Below are positions 10,053 through 18,743 of a stretch of DNA of 64,000 bases, piece by piece (position 1 is the first letter of the stretch; each line of letters opens with the position of its first letter). A program made the position numbers and the translations under genes. The notes beneath the pieces are model-generated. The model was not told where the DNA came from and made no database searches. It worked only from the letters and a program-made list of their open reading frames with translations. Source of the stretch: an uncultured virus (IMG/VR IMGVR_UViG_3300037071_001584) (taxonomy: Duplodnaviria > Heunggongvirae > Uroviricota > Caudoviricetes > Crassvirales); the IMG/VR virus record IMGVR_UViG_3300037071_001584, positions 1 through 64,000 of that record. One strand, given 5' to 3'.

Positions 10053-10293
10053 AACTATATCAAACATCAAAAGCCTAGCTTTATCTGTACTTAATTATGA
10101 TGAATATGTCACATTTATGTCTTATATCTATAATGGTGAATACAATCTAGCTAGGTTGTTTTTAAAAAGCTATTATCATCACGATGATGCTGAAAACCAT
10201 AATAGATTAGAAGACATTCTGATCGATTTAATCATGAAGAAGGAAGATGAAGGAGGAGATGAAAGTGAACAAGCTAACAGAGATTCTGGATAG
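10045..10293 (+). CDS. Hypothetical protein
   Basis: 82-aa ORF overlapping both neighbours. Confidence 0.6.
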   Translation: MDKTISNIKSLALSVLNYDEYVTFMSYIYNGEYNLARLFLKSYYHHDDAENHNRLEDILIDLIMKKEDEGGDESEQANRDSG

Positions 10294-11269
10294 CAGTGAA
10301 ACCATAGATTTATTTGTGTCCTATAGTAAATTATCTGATTTTGATCGAAATGGCCCTAGTTGCTTAGTCCACAAGACCAGTGGAGGTAAAGAAGCGGTTA
10401 AGCTTGGATCTTTAGTAGATGACTTGCTGTTTTTAGACAAATCAGCATTTGATGAAAAGTATTATCTATATGATGGTGACAAGCCATCAGCCACATTAGG
10501 ATTGTTATGTGATGTTATAACCAACAACTACATGGAGATACCTTCTAAAGAAGATGTCATCAAGATTGGTGTTACAAACAATTTCTGGACAAACATTAAA
10601 AAACCTGAATTATATTTAGCAAAATTCAATGTCCCAGAATTCTGGGATTATTTAGATACCATGTTTAAAGTTAGCAATAGAACCATTATAACATCGTCTG
10701 AACTTAACACAGCAACAGATCTCGCTGAGATCCTTCGAACTCATCCGTATTCAAAGAGTATTCTTGACAATGAACTCGATAACTATTACCAAGTTAAATT
10801 CCAATACGATTATAATGGTTTTAAAGTTAGGGGAATTATTGATATTTTAAGTGTAGACCATAAGAGTAAAAAAGTCGTTATGACTGACTTGAAAACTGGA
10901 AAAGGGTCTTCTACAGAATTTGAAGAGAGCTTCGTTAAATGGAGATACTACTTTCAAGCCGCACTATATGTGAAAGCATTCCAAGAGATTTGTGATGCAT
11001 TGGAGCTTAAAGATTATACTCTAGAACCTTTTCAATTTCTATATATTTCTAGATCAGACAAAACACCTTTATTATTTATCACCACAGACAAATGGATTAA
11101 AGCCGCTTGGAAAGGGTTCCGTATTAGTAAATACATATATAAAGGGATCGACGAGATATTAGAAGAAATATACTGGTGTTGGAAGAACAAAGAATACATT
11201 ATTCCAAAACGTGTAGCAGAAGCTAACGGAGTTGTTGAACTTAAAGATAATTTTATTGAAGTTGACTAG
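10247..11269 (+). CDS. PD-(D/E)XK (RecB-like) exonuclease
   Basis: SYSKL, GSLVD, RGIIDIL, DLKTG, YYFQAALY. Confidence 0.8.
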   Translation: MKEEMKVNKLTEILDSSETIDLFVSYSKLSDFDRNGPSCLVHKTSGGKEAVKLGSLVDDLLFLDKSAFDEKYYLYDGDKPSATLGLLCDVITNNYMEIPSKEDVIKIGVTNNFWTNIKKPELYLAKFNVPEFWDYLDTMFKVSNRTIITSSELNTATDLAEILRTHPYSKSILDNELDNYYQVKFQYDYNGFKVRGIIDILSVDHKSKKVVMTDLKTGKGSSTEFEESFVKWRYYFQAALYVKAFQEICDALELKDYTLEPFQFLYISRSDKTPLLFITTDKWIKAAWKGFRISKYIYKGIDEILEEIYWCWKNKEYIIPKRVAEANGVVELKDNFIEVD

Positions 11270-11831
11270 TAAGAGTAGATATAACAAGTCCAAAACCTAT
11301 CTTTTACCATTGATCTCTGAGGTCGTTGGTATAGAAAGTGACTTCATAGACTACTTGGAAGATACTTACTTGTTTGATGAACAAGGCGAATTTAAAAATT
11401 GTATTTTTATAAAGTATGAATCTGATTTTAGGAATCCTGATTTTACTTCATATGAGTATAAATTGACGAATAGTTCTTATTTTGTTAAGCACGTAGATAT
11501 TGGAAATAAAGTAGTCTATGTTTTCAACTTTCCAGAAGAATATCTTCCTGAGTATAATCATTTTATAAACGGGGAATATTCAAGATTTGGAGAGGATGCT
11601 AAGATTTTAATCTTGCATTTTTGGACTCAAATGTATGGTAGAACTGCTTCTGGAATCAACGCGATTCTTAAGATAAAACAAGTACTATATAGAGACAAAA
11701 AACTAAAGCAACAAATAGAAGAGCGTTTAAGTTCAGAGCACTGTCGCATTATCTTAGATGATAATGCTGAATTAGGGGATTTGGTTTTATTGGAAGATGA
11801 AACTTTTAAATTAAATGATAGTGATTTATGA
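11232..11831 (+). CDS. Hypothetical protein (start uncertain, possibly TTG near 11262)
   Basis: Long ORF in operon. Confidence 0.6.
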   Translation: MLNLKIILLKLTSKSRYNKSKTYLLPLISEVVGIESDFIDYLEDTYLFDEQGEFKNCIFIKYESDFRNPDFTSYEYKLTNSSYFVKHVDIGNKVVYVFNFPEEYLPEYNHFINGEYSRFGEDAKILILHFWTQMYGRTASGINAILKIKQVLYRDKKLKQQIEERLSSEHCRIILDDNAELGDLVLLEDETFKLNDSDL

Positions 11832-11844
11832 AAGGGGATATTAA

Positions 11845-13713
11845 ATGAATTTGAACTTAGATAAGCAAATATTAAGTGATATAACGGTACATACAAAGTA
11901 CGCGAAATACTTACCTGTAGAACAACGTAGAGAGACGTGGGCGGAATTAGTCAATAGGAATATGAACATGCACATTAAGAAGCATCCAACTTTAGAGGAG
12001 GATATCAAATATGTGTATGAACATTACGTAATGACGAAGAAAATCCTACCTTCCATGCGAAGTCTTCAGTTTGGTGGTAAAGCCATTGAGTTAAATAATA
12101 GTAGAATATATAATTGTGCATTCTTGCCTATTGATGATATACGGAGTTTCAGTGAAACAATGTTCTTATTGTTAGGTGGATGTGGAGTTGGATATAGTGT
12201 TCAAGGACATCATATCGATAAGTTACCTGAGATTAGGAAGCCTAACTATAGCCGTAGAAAGCGATATGTAGTACAGGATAGTATAATTGGGTGGGCTGAT
12301 GCTATAAAAACTTTATTTAAATCATATACTGGCTCTATTAATTCACATATTGAATTTGATTTATCAGATATAAGGCCAAAAGGAGCACTTTTGGTGACAG
12401 CAGGTGGTAAAGCGCCAGGCCCGGAGCCTTTGCGTATTGCCCTTGTTAAAATAGAAGCAATTCTTCGAGAGAAGAATGACACTTCAAAACTTACAGACAT
12501 TGAATGCCACAGAATTCAATGTTTTATCGCAGATGCTGTACTAGCGGGTGGCATAAGAAGAGCAGCTATGATAAGCTTATTCGATTTAGATAGTGATTCT
12601 ATGTTAAATTGCAAAGCTGGTAGCTGGTGGGAGACTATGCCAGAATTAGGTAGAGCGAACAATTCAGTCGTATTACTTAGACATAAAATTGATAAAAAGA
12701 CTTTTGACAAAGTTTGGGAACGTATAGAAGTTTCAGGTTCCGGCGAGCCAGGTATATACCTTACTAATGACAAAGATTGGGGAACTAACCCTTGTTGTGA
12801 AATTGCGCTTAGACCTTATCAATTCTGTAACCTATGCGAGATCAATATGTCTAACATACAATCACAGGCCGATCTTAATGAAAGAGCGAGTGCAGCTTCC
12901 TTCGTAGGCACGTTACAAGCCTCGTATACGGACTTTCATTACCTTCGTGATGTATGGAGAAAGAATACAGAAAAGGATGCCTTAATTGGTGTCTCAATGA
13001 CTGGAATTGCATCAAAAAGTAATCTTGAATTAGACTATTCAGTAGCTAGTGAAATAGTTGTTGAACAGAACAGAGTTACAGCTGAAAGGCTTGGAATAAA
13101 TCAGGCAGCTCGTACTACAGCAGTTAAGCCTGCAGGAACAACTTCGTTGGTCTTAGGTACGTCATCTGGAATCCATGCTTGGCATAATGATTATTATATT
13201 CGTAGAATTAGATTAGGAAAGAATGAAGCAATTTATACTTACCTTTCTATCTATCATCCAGAGCTTCTAGAAGATGAATATTTTAATCCTAAGTCACAAG
13301 CAATCATCGCTGTACCACAGAAGGCTCCTGAAGGGGCTATAACTCGTCATGAATCAACGATCGACCTATTAGAGAGGGTAAAGCTCATTTCAAAAGAATG
13401 GGTTAAAACAGGGCACTTAAAAGGGCAAAACACGCACAATGTTTCTTGCACAGTATCTGTTAGACCTGACGAATGGAAAATAGTTGGAGAGTGGATGTGG
13501 GTTAATAAAGATTATTATAATGGACTTTCTGTATTGCCATTTGATGGTGGTACATATAAACAAACTCCGTTCGAGGATTGTTCTAAAGAGACTTATGACA
13601 ATATGATGAAAACATTGAAAGGTGTAGATTTATCTAAAGTTGTAGAGCTTCAAGACAATACATCGCTGAATGAAAATTTAGCGTGTGGACCAGGAGGATG
13701 TGAAATATTGTAA
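11845..13713 (+). CDS. nrdJ: Class II (adenosylcobalamin-dependent) ribonucleotide reductase
   Basis: ETW, LPSMR, YNCAF, GGIRRAA, TNPCCEI, KPAGT, C-terminal ACGPGGCE. Confidence 0.92.
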   Translation: MNLNLDKQILSDITVHTKYAKYLPVEQRRETWAELVNRNMNMHIKKHPTLEEDIKYVYEHYVMTKKILPSMRSLQFGGKAIELNNSRIYNCAFLPIDDIRSFSETMFLLLGGCGVGYSVQGHHIDKLPEIRKPNYSRRKRYVVQDSIIGWADAIKTLFKSYTGSINSHIEFDLSDIRPKGALLVTAGGKAPGPEPLRIALVKIEAILREKNDTSKLTDIECHRIQCFIADAVLAGGIRRAAMISLFDLDSDSMLNCKAGSWWETMPELGRANNSVVLLRHKIDKKTFDKVWERIEVSGSGEPGIYLTNDKDWGTNPCCEIALRPYQFCNLCEINMSNIQSQADLNERASAASFVGTLQASYTDFHYLRDVWRKNTEKDALIGVSMTGIASKSNLELDYSVASEIVVEQNRVTAERLGINQAARTTAVKPAGTTSLVLGTSSGIHAWHNDYYIRRIRLGKNEAIYTYLSIYHPELLEDEYFNPKSQAIIAVPQKAPEGAITRHESTIDLLERVKLISKEWVKTGHLKGQNTHNVSCTVSVRPDEWKIVGEWMWVNKDYYNGLSVLPFDGGTYKQTPFEDCSKETYDNMMKTLKGVDLSKVVELQDNTSLNENLACGPGGCEIL

Positions 13714-13725
13714 GGTTAAAGGGTT

Positions 13726-13753
13726 GGGGGAATATTTCCCCCTTCCTAACTTT
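13726..13753 (+). terminator. Hairpin after nrdJ
   Basis: GGGGGAA-TAT-TTCCCCC with a weak downstream T tract. Confidence 0.4.
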
Positions 13754-13766
13754 AAAAAAGATAATT

Positions 13767-13955
13767 ATGGAAATTTTATTTTTTGCTTTATTTGTAATTT
13801 ACTCATTAATTACAGCCTTATGGGTGGCTAATCTTGCTGAATCTAAAGGCATTGAATTTTTAAATGCATTTTTGGTATCTTTCTTTTTAGGTCCAATCAT
13901 TGGGTTACTGTATGTTGTTGTTAAATCTCTTGATTCAAATTGTAGTTGTAAATAA
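13767..13955 (+). CDS. Small membrane protein (two hydrophobic segments)
   Basis: ILFFALFVIYSLITALWVA and FLVSFFLGPIIGLLYVVV. Confidence 0.7.
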   Translation: MEILFFALFVIYSLITALWVANLAESKGIEFLNAFLVSFFLGPIIGLLYVVVKSLDSNCSCK

Positions 13956-13999
13956 TTATTTTTAGTGGATGCACATGCGTCATTTAAACATGTTATTCT

Positions 14000-15280
14000 A
14001 TGGAAGCAAATGAATTAAAGAATACTATACAAGATTTTGCTATTGAGAAATGGAAATCCAAAGATAAGGTTGGAACTATAGAAACACCTTCATTAAACAG
14101 TAAAACTTTTATATTTCTGAAAGCTCTTTATACTATGCCTAAAGACGATAAGAAGACAATTCACTTGTTCTTATCTGAAACTATGACTAGGGAAAAAGAA
14201 GCTTTGGCTGAGATAGTTAAGTTTGATGAAATTTTTAATTTAGATGTTTTAAGAGATTATAATCTGCAGTTCTTTTCATATGTTGGAGTTTCATCTTGGC
14301 AGAATAGAGAATTTGGCTTAGTTTGTTGTGATAAATTTCAAGAACAATTAACCGTTGGGAATTTTAAATTCCATCTAAATAATAAGTATAAAGCTCTAAT
14401 TGGAGTTACCAATTCTATAAACAAGTATAGTTTCTTTAGTATCAAATCTGATCTATTATTATCATCTTATTTCGATAAGAAAGTGGTTAGTAAAGAAGAA
14501 ATGCTTGATAAAATTGCTCCTGTCTGCTTTAAATATAATATTAGAGGTGATTACAAGAAACCAGTCAAGAATAAATTGAACATCTTTGTTATTAAGAACA
14601 AATTAGATGCAACAAATCGTAATGTTAGACATGAAACTTTCAAATCTATAACTTACAAAACTGAAGAAGATTCATACAACCTTATAATGAGTGAGATCAA
14701 TGAACTTAAACTTAGGATTCCTGAAGAGGGAGAAGATTTGTTTGAGTTTACTGAAAATAAGATTGCAAGAATGAAGATACTTCTAAATAGAAGAAACAAA
14801 CTACTTTATACGCTAGGCTCTAAAAAGATATTAGCTGAAGGTCTTTTGTTTAGGCTAAGAGGAAGAACAATGATTTTTGGCAACAATCTTCAATCATTGG
14901 AAATACTTACTGTAAGTAAGGTATTGTGTATGAAAAATACAGACGAAAGAAACTCTTTAATAAAGAGAACTTTTGATAATGGAAAATTGAGAGCAATTAG
15001 CAACTATTGTGATATGGAAGAAAATCCTGATATATCAATGGCTGACAATTGTTTATTCAAAGATGTTCCACAATCAAAAGAAGACTTTGTTGAAAAGATT
15101 GCTAGCTTAAGAACTTTAAACAAGGAAAAAGCTGGTAATGTCTTTATTTTTGTAACTGAAGGAACACAAGAAGTTGCGTGGTTGAATGAGTCTCTAAAAG
15201 GACTTAATGAACACAAATACATGCTTTGTGACAATTTAATTTCAACTTTTAACAAATATTCAATAATTGAAGACTACTAA
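14000..15280 (+). CDS. SF2 helicase-like protein, ATPase motifs degenerate
   Basis: IQDFAI, GTIETPSLNSKT (Walker A position), LVCCDKFQ (DExH position), LIGVTNS (TAT position), FVTEGTQE. Confidence 0.6.
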   Translation: MEANELKNTIQDFAIEKWKSKDKVGTIETPSLNSKTFIFLKALYTMPKDDKKTIHLFLSETMTREKEALAEIVKFDEIFNLDVLRDYNLQFFSYVGVSSWQNREFGLVCCDKFQEQLTVGNFKFHLNNKYKALIGVTNSINKYSFFSIKSDLLLSSYFDKKVVSKEEMLDKIAPVCFKYNIRGDYKKPVKNKLNIFVIKNKLDATNRNVRHETFKSITYKTEEDSYNLIMSEINELKLRIPEEGEDLFEFTENKIARMKILLNRRNKLLYTLGSKKILAEGLLFRLRGRTMIFGNNLQSLEILTVSKVLCMKNTDERNSLIKRTFDNGKLRAISNYCDMEENPDISMADNCLFKDVPQSKEDFVEKIASLRTLNKEKAGNVFIFVTEGTQEVAWLNESLKGLNEHKYMLCDNLISTFNKYSIIEDY

Positions 15281-15581
15281 TATGATTACAAAGGAAGAAA
15301 AAGATCAAGTGTACCAACACTTGGTTGAAAAGAATTATCATCACTATAATCTTTTAAAAGCTTCTGAAGAACTACAAGAGTTAGCTCTTATATTGACACA
15401 GAAGGTTAATAAGAAGAATAATGTGCCTGATCAAAAGATTATTGATGAAATAGGAGATGTGAAGATAAGACTTAAGGTTTTAGAGAAAATGTTTCCTAAA
15501 GAATTAATAGACGAAAGAGTAAATAAAAAATTAACTTCATTTCAAAGTTATATCCAAACTGAGAAATACAAAAACATTTAA
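15267..15581 (+). CDS. MazG-like nucleotide pyrophosphohydrolase
   Basis: EELQEL...IIDEIGDV acidic helical motif. Confidence 0.65.
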   Translation: MKTTNMITKEEKDQVYQHLVEKNYHHYNLLKASEELQELALILTQKVNKKNNVPDQKIIDEIGDVKIRLKVLEKMFPKELIDERVNKKLTSFQSYIQTEKYKNI

Positions 15582-15585
15582 AAAC

Positions 15586-16404
15586 ATGAGAACAGTAGAA
15601 TGTAAAAAGTTAGGAAGCGTTACGTCTTTAACAGTTGGAAAAGTATATAATATCATTGAAGAAACTAATGATCGATTTTCTATTGAAAACGACAAAGGCG
15701 TTCAGATGAGGTATGGTAAGAATTTGTTTAATAATCCTGTAGAAGTTCCTGTAGAAGACAATCCATTATTAGGATTACCAGGAGCACCTGTAAGAAGAGG
15801 TCCTGGAAGACCAAGAGGAAGAGCAGTAGGTCAAGAAGGTAGAATGCTTGCTCCAGAAATGGCTCAAGTTCCTGCTCCAGCACCTGCACCTGTACCTGTT
15901 GTTAATCAAATTCAAATTAACACTTCTGCAAGCAATTCTAATGGACTTGTATCATTTAGAGTAGAGTCTATATTCTTGCAAGATGTAGTTCATACATATT
16001 CTACTGGGAATATTATCTCTACAAATGGTATTTCTGCATCTTGTGGTATTCAATCTTTAAGTGGTCTTGATGAATTAAGATATCATATTACTCAATTAAG
16101 ATCTGAATTTACGATCTTCGTAAATGAAAATCGAGGAAGATTTATATTAGCTGGAGATATTGACTTAAATTTACTATTTGAAGAAATTGCTGTTGCATTG
16201 GTTCAAGACCTTGTAGCTTCTTATCAAGGAGGAGATGCAGACATCAAAGCAGGTATCTTGATTTTATCTACAACAGAAGATTCAATCAGACAAGAACCTT
16301 GTTTAAGAAGAGCACTTAATAATGCCTCTGCTGGAAACATTCCTGTTTACAATCCAAATAGCGGTAATGATATTGTTATGTGGAATATACCTGTTGAGGC
16401 ATAA
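15586..16404 (+). CDS. Hypothetical protein with AT-hook motif and Pro-Ala linker
   Basis: RRGPGRPRGR and VPAPAPAPVP. Confidence 0.7.
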   Translation: MRTVECKKLGSVTSLTVGKVYNIIEETNDRFSIENDKGVQMRYGKNLFNNPVEVPVEDNPLLGLPGAPVRRGPGRPRGRAVGQEGRMLAPEMAQVPAPAPAPVPVVNQIQINTSASNSNGLVSFRVESIFLQDVVHTYSTGNIISTNGISASCGIQSLSGLDELRYHITQLRSEFTIFVNENRGRFILAGDIDLNLLFEEIAVALVQDLVASYQGGDADIKAGILILSTTEDSIRQEPCLRRALNNASAGNIPVYNPNSGNDIVMWNIPVEA

Positions 16405-16406
16405 AA

Positions 16407-16441
16407 TAAAAAGCCCTGTAGACAATTAAGTTTACAGGGCT
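16407..16441. terminator. Hairpin terminator with U tract on the minus strand
   Basis: A run, then AGCCCTGTAGAC-AATTAA-GTTTACAGGGCT. Confidence 0.7.
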
Positions 16442-16482
16442 ATAATACCTTCTAAATAGATAATAACAAAAACAGTGACAAA

Positions 16483-16704
16483 ATGGCAAATCGTGTTTTA
16501 TTTACAAATGTTAAGTACTGGGTTGGAGGTGGTAAAAGTGGGAAGCCTTTAAGGATTCGAAAACACCAAAACATTCATTTGACGATTCATATGCCAGTTG
16601 ATGGAATAAAACCATATTACTTGGATATACTGTCTGATGGAAAATACATGTCTACAAAACTAACCAAAATTAAAATTAGAAATCATGAGCAACTACAAGA
16701 ATAG
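16483..16704 (+). CDS. Hypothetical basic protein
   Basis: 73-aa ORF with A-rich leader. Confidence 0.55.
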   Translation: MANRVLFTNVKYWVGGGKSGKPLRIRKHQNIHLTIHMPVDGIKPYYLDILSDGKYMSTKLTKIKIRNHEQLQE

Positions 16705-16939
16705 ATATACTAATAGATTGATTACGGAAACTGAATATTACAATTTGTTTCCATCTGAAAGAGGTGATTATGAAAGAATTAGTATTCATGATGTTCCTCA
16801 AAGAGATTCTGGTGGAGATTTTATGACATCTGCTGTGATTGGAGCTGTAACAGATTCTGCATTCCTAGGAGGTTTTATTGGAGGAGATATGCTAGGAGGA
16901 ATTGTTGGAGATATAATTGACGGTGATTTAGGAGACTAA
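16685..16939 (+). CDS. Small protein with Gly/Asp-rich, glycine-zipper-like C-terminus
   Basis: SAVIGAVTDSAFLGGFIGGDMLGGIVGDIIDGDLGD; TAATG coupling to next gene. Confidence 0.7.
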   Translation: MSNYKNRYTNRLITETEYYNLFPSERGDYERISIHDVPQRDSGGDFMTSAVIGAVTDSAFLGGFIGGDMLGGIVGDIIDGDLGD

Positions 16940-17430
16940 TGAGCGTCGTTAGATATATTTCTGACCTTCATCTTGGACACTTAAATATGGCTACTAAAAG
17001 AGGCTTTAAAGACCAACATGAAATGAATGACCACATTATTAAGAGCTGGAACTCTGTAGTTGGAAGGAAAGATGTCACTTGGATACTTGGAGACATAACT
17101 ATGGAGAAAGCGGTTCACTATCATATGTTAAACAGACTTAATGGACTTAAAAAAGTTGTATTAGGAAATCATGATAGACCAGAACATGTGCCTCATTTAC
17201 TAAATTACGTAAATAGTGTTTGCTCAATGAAATATCATAAAGATAAAGAATTTGGCAACGTTATATTTACACATGCTCCTATTCATCCTTGTGAATTAGA
17301 CTATAGATTTACTATAAATATTCATGGTCATGATCACGAGAGAAATCTTAAGGATGAAAGATATATAAATATTTGTGCAGAATTTATAGACTATAAACCT
17401 AAATTACTAAGTGAATTGATATGTCGATAA
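16939..17430 (+). CDS. Calcineurin-like metallophosphoesterase
   Basis: SDLHLGH, LGD, GNHD, THAP, HGHDH. Confidence 0.9.
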   Translation: MSVVRYISDLHLGHLNMATKRGFKDQHEMNDHIIKSWNSVVGRKDVTWILGDITMEKAVHYHMLNRLNGLKKVVLGNHDRPEHVPHLLNYVNSVCSMKYHKDKEFGNVIFTHAPIHPCELDYRFTINIHGHDHERNLKDERYINICAEFIDYKPKLLSELICR

Positions 17431-17552
17431 TAAAATCAATAATTAATGGCAATGAAGTTTATGTATATTGGAATGGTGAATTGATTTACAAGAAATGGTT
17501 TAATCAAGAACACGGTGTTGTTTTTCAAAATTACAAAAGATGGCATACATAG
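17421..17552 (+). CDS. Small hypothetical protein, 43 aa (below ORF-track cutoff)
   Basis: MSIIKSIINGNEVYVYWNGELIYKKWFNQEHGVVFQNYKRWHT fills the gap and overlaps both neighbours. Confidence 0.6.
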   Translation: MSIIKSIINGNEVYVYWNGELIYKKWFNQEHGVVFQNYKRWHT

Positions 17553-18622
17553 ACAGAGAATACCATAAATTGCTAAATGCAATTAAAAGAGATGGTTATA
17601 CGTACGAAGATCCTAACAGAGAAGGAGTTTTTAGGACAGAGATTACAAGTTTTACAATAAGGCATTTGTTTAAAAATGGATTTCCATTGATAAGTACAAG
17701 GGAGTTGAATTATAATAATATTATAGTCGAACTTCTTTGGTTTCTTAAAGGAGATACAAACATTAAATATTTAGTTGACAGAGGTTGTAATATTTGGAAT
17801 AAAGATGCTTATAAGTATTATTTAAAAAAAGGAGGACACGCTTCTGAAAAAATGTTTAAAACTTTAGTATCACAACAAGATGAATTTGACTCAAGGATTA
17901 AAGATTATAAGTATGGTGATTTAGGTCCAGTTTATGGTAGACAGTGGCGTAATTTTAATGGAGTTGACCAAATAGCTAAGTTGATTAAAGGTCTTAAAGA
18001 AAAACCTTTAGGAACTGAACATATTGTAAACTCTTGGAATCCAGCAGATATTCCTGATATGGCTTTACCTCCTTGTCATTATGGATTTCAAGTTGTAGTT
18101 AGACCATTAACCGTATCTGAAAGGTTTCATGCAACTCCTGGTGCTAATCTAAAAGATGTTGATGTGTTTGTTGAGAACGCACATATTATTTATTTAGATG
18201 GAATAGGGGCGCCTAAATATGGCTTCGAATTACACTGGGAACAAAGATCTGTAGATACCTTCTTAGGTTTACCCTATAATATAGCCTCCTACGCTTCATT
18301 AGCGTTGATCTTAGAGAAGATAACAGGTCATGTGGCACTAGGTATCCAAGGAAATTTAAAGAAGGTGCATTTGTACGATAATAGCCTCAATGCAGTAGCT
18401 CAACAATTGAAGAATGATCAGTATTTGAATGACGAATGTAAATTAGTATTTCCTGAAGACGAAGTTAATCCAGATGGACTTGATTTTAATCTTAGAATGG
18501 GATATTTAAGGGGGAATTTGAGCCTAAATGATTTCATTGAGGAAATGAAACCTGAGTGGTTTTCTATTGAAGGGTATTCACCTTATCCTTCAATTAATGT
18601 ACCAATGTTAGCAAAAGATTAA
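17540..18622 (+). CDS. thyA: Thymidylate synthase
   Basis: ELLWFLKG, LGPVYGRQWR, MALPPCH, QRSVDTFLGLPYNIASY, HLY. Confidence 0.95.
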   Translation: MAYIDREYHKLLNAIKRDGYTYEDPNREGVFRTEITSFTIRHLFKNGFPLISTRELNYNNIIVELLWFLKGDTNIKYLVDRGCNIWNKDAYKYYLKKGGHASEKMFKTLVSQQDEFDSRIKDYKYGDLGPVYGRQWRNFNGVDQIAKLIKGLKEKPLGTEHIVNSWNPADIPDMALPPCHYGFQVVVRPLTVSERFHATPGANLKDVDVFVENAHIIYLDGIGAPKYGFELHWEQRSVDTFLGLPYNIASYASLALILEKITGHVALGIQGNLKKVHLYDNSLNAVAQQLKNDQYLNDECKLVFPEDEVNPDGLDFNLRMGYLRGNLSLNDFIEEMKPEWFSIEGYSPYPSINVPMLAKD

Positions 18623-18624
18623 TT

Positions 18625-18678
18625 ATGTGGTGGATTGTTATTATTATAATTGTGTGGATATTATTATCTGAGGATTAA
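18625..18678 (+). CDS. Possible 17-aa hydrophobic micro-peptide
   Basis: MWWIVIIIIVWILLSED* between the thyA stop and the terminator. Confidence 0.35.
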   Translation: MWWIVIIIIVWILLSED

Positions 18679-18684
18679 AAATGG

Positions 18685-18730
18685 AAAAACCGCTAGAAGA
18701 CCTTAATTGGTTGTCTAGCGGTTTTTTTTT
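18685..18730. terminator. Bidirectional intrinsic terminator at the convergence of the two gene blocks
   Basis: AAAAACCGCTAGA...TCTAGCGG-T9. Confidence 0.85.
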
Positions 18731-18743
18731 GACTTTTCAGAAG

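Noticed and set aside
10247..11269. Cas4 assignment for the PD-(D/E)XK nuclease
   Set aside because: Lacks the clustered C-terminal Fe-S cysteine pattern and any cas context
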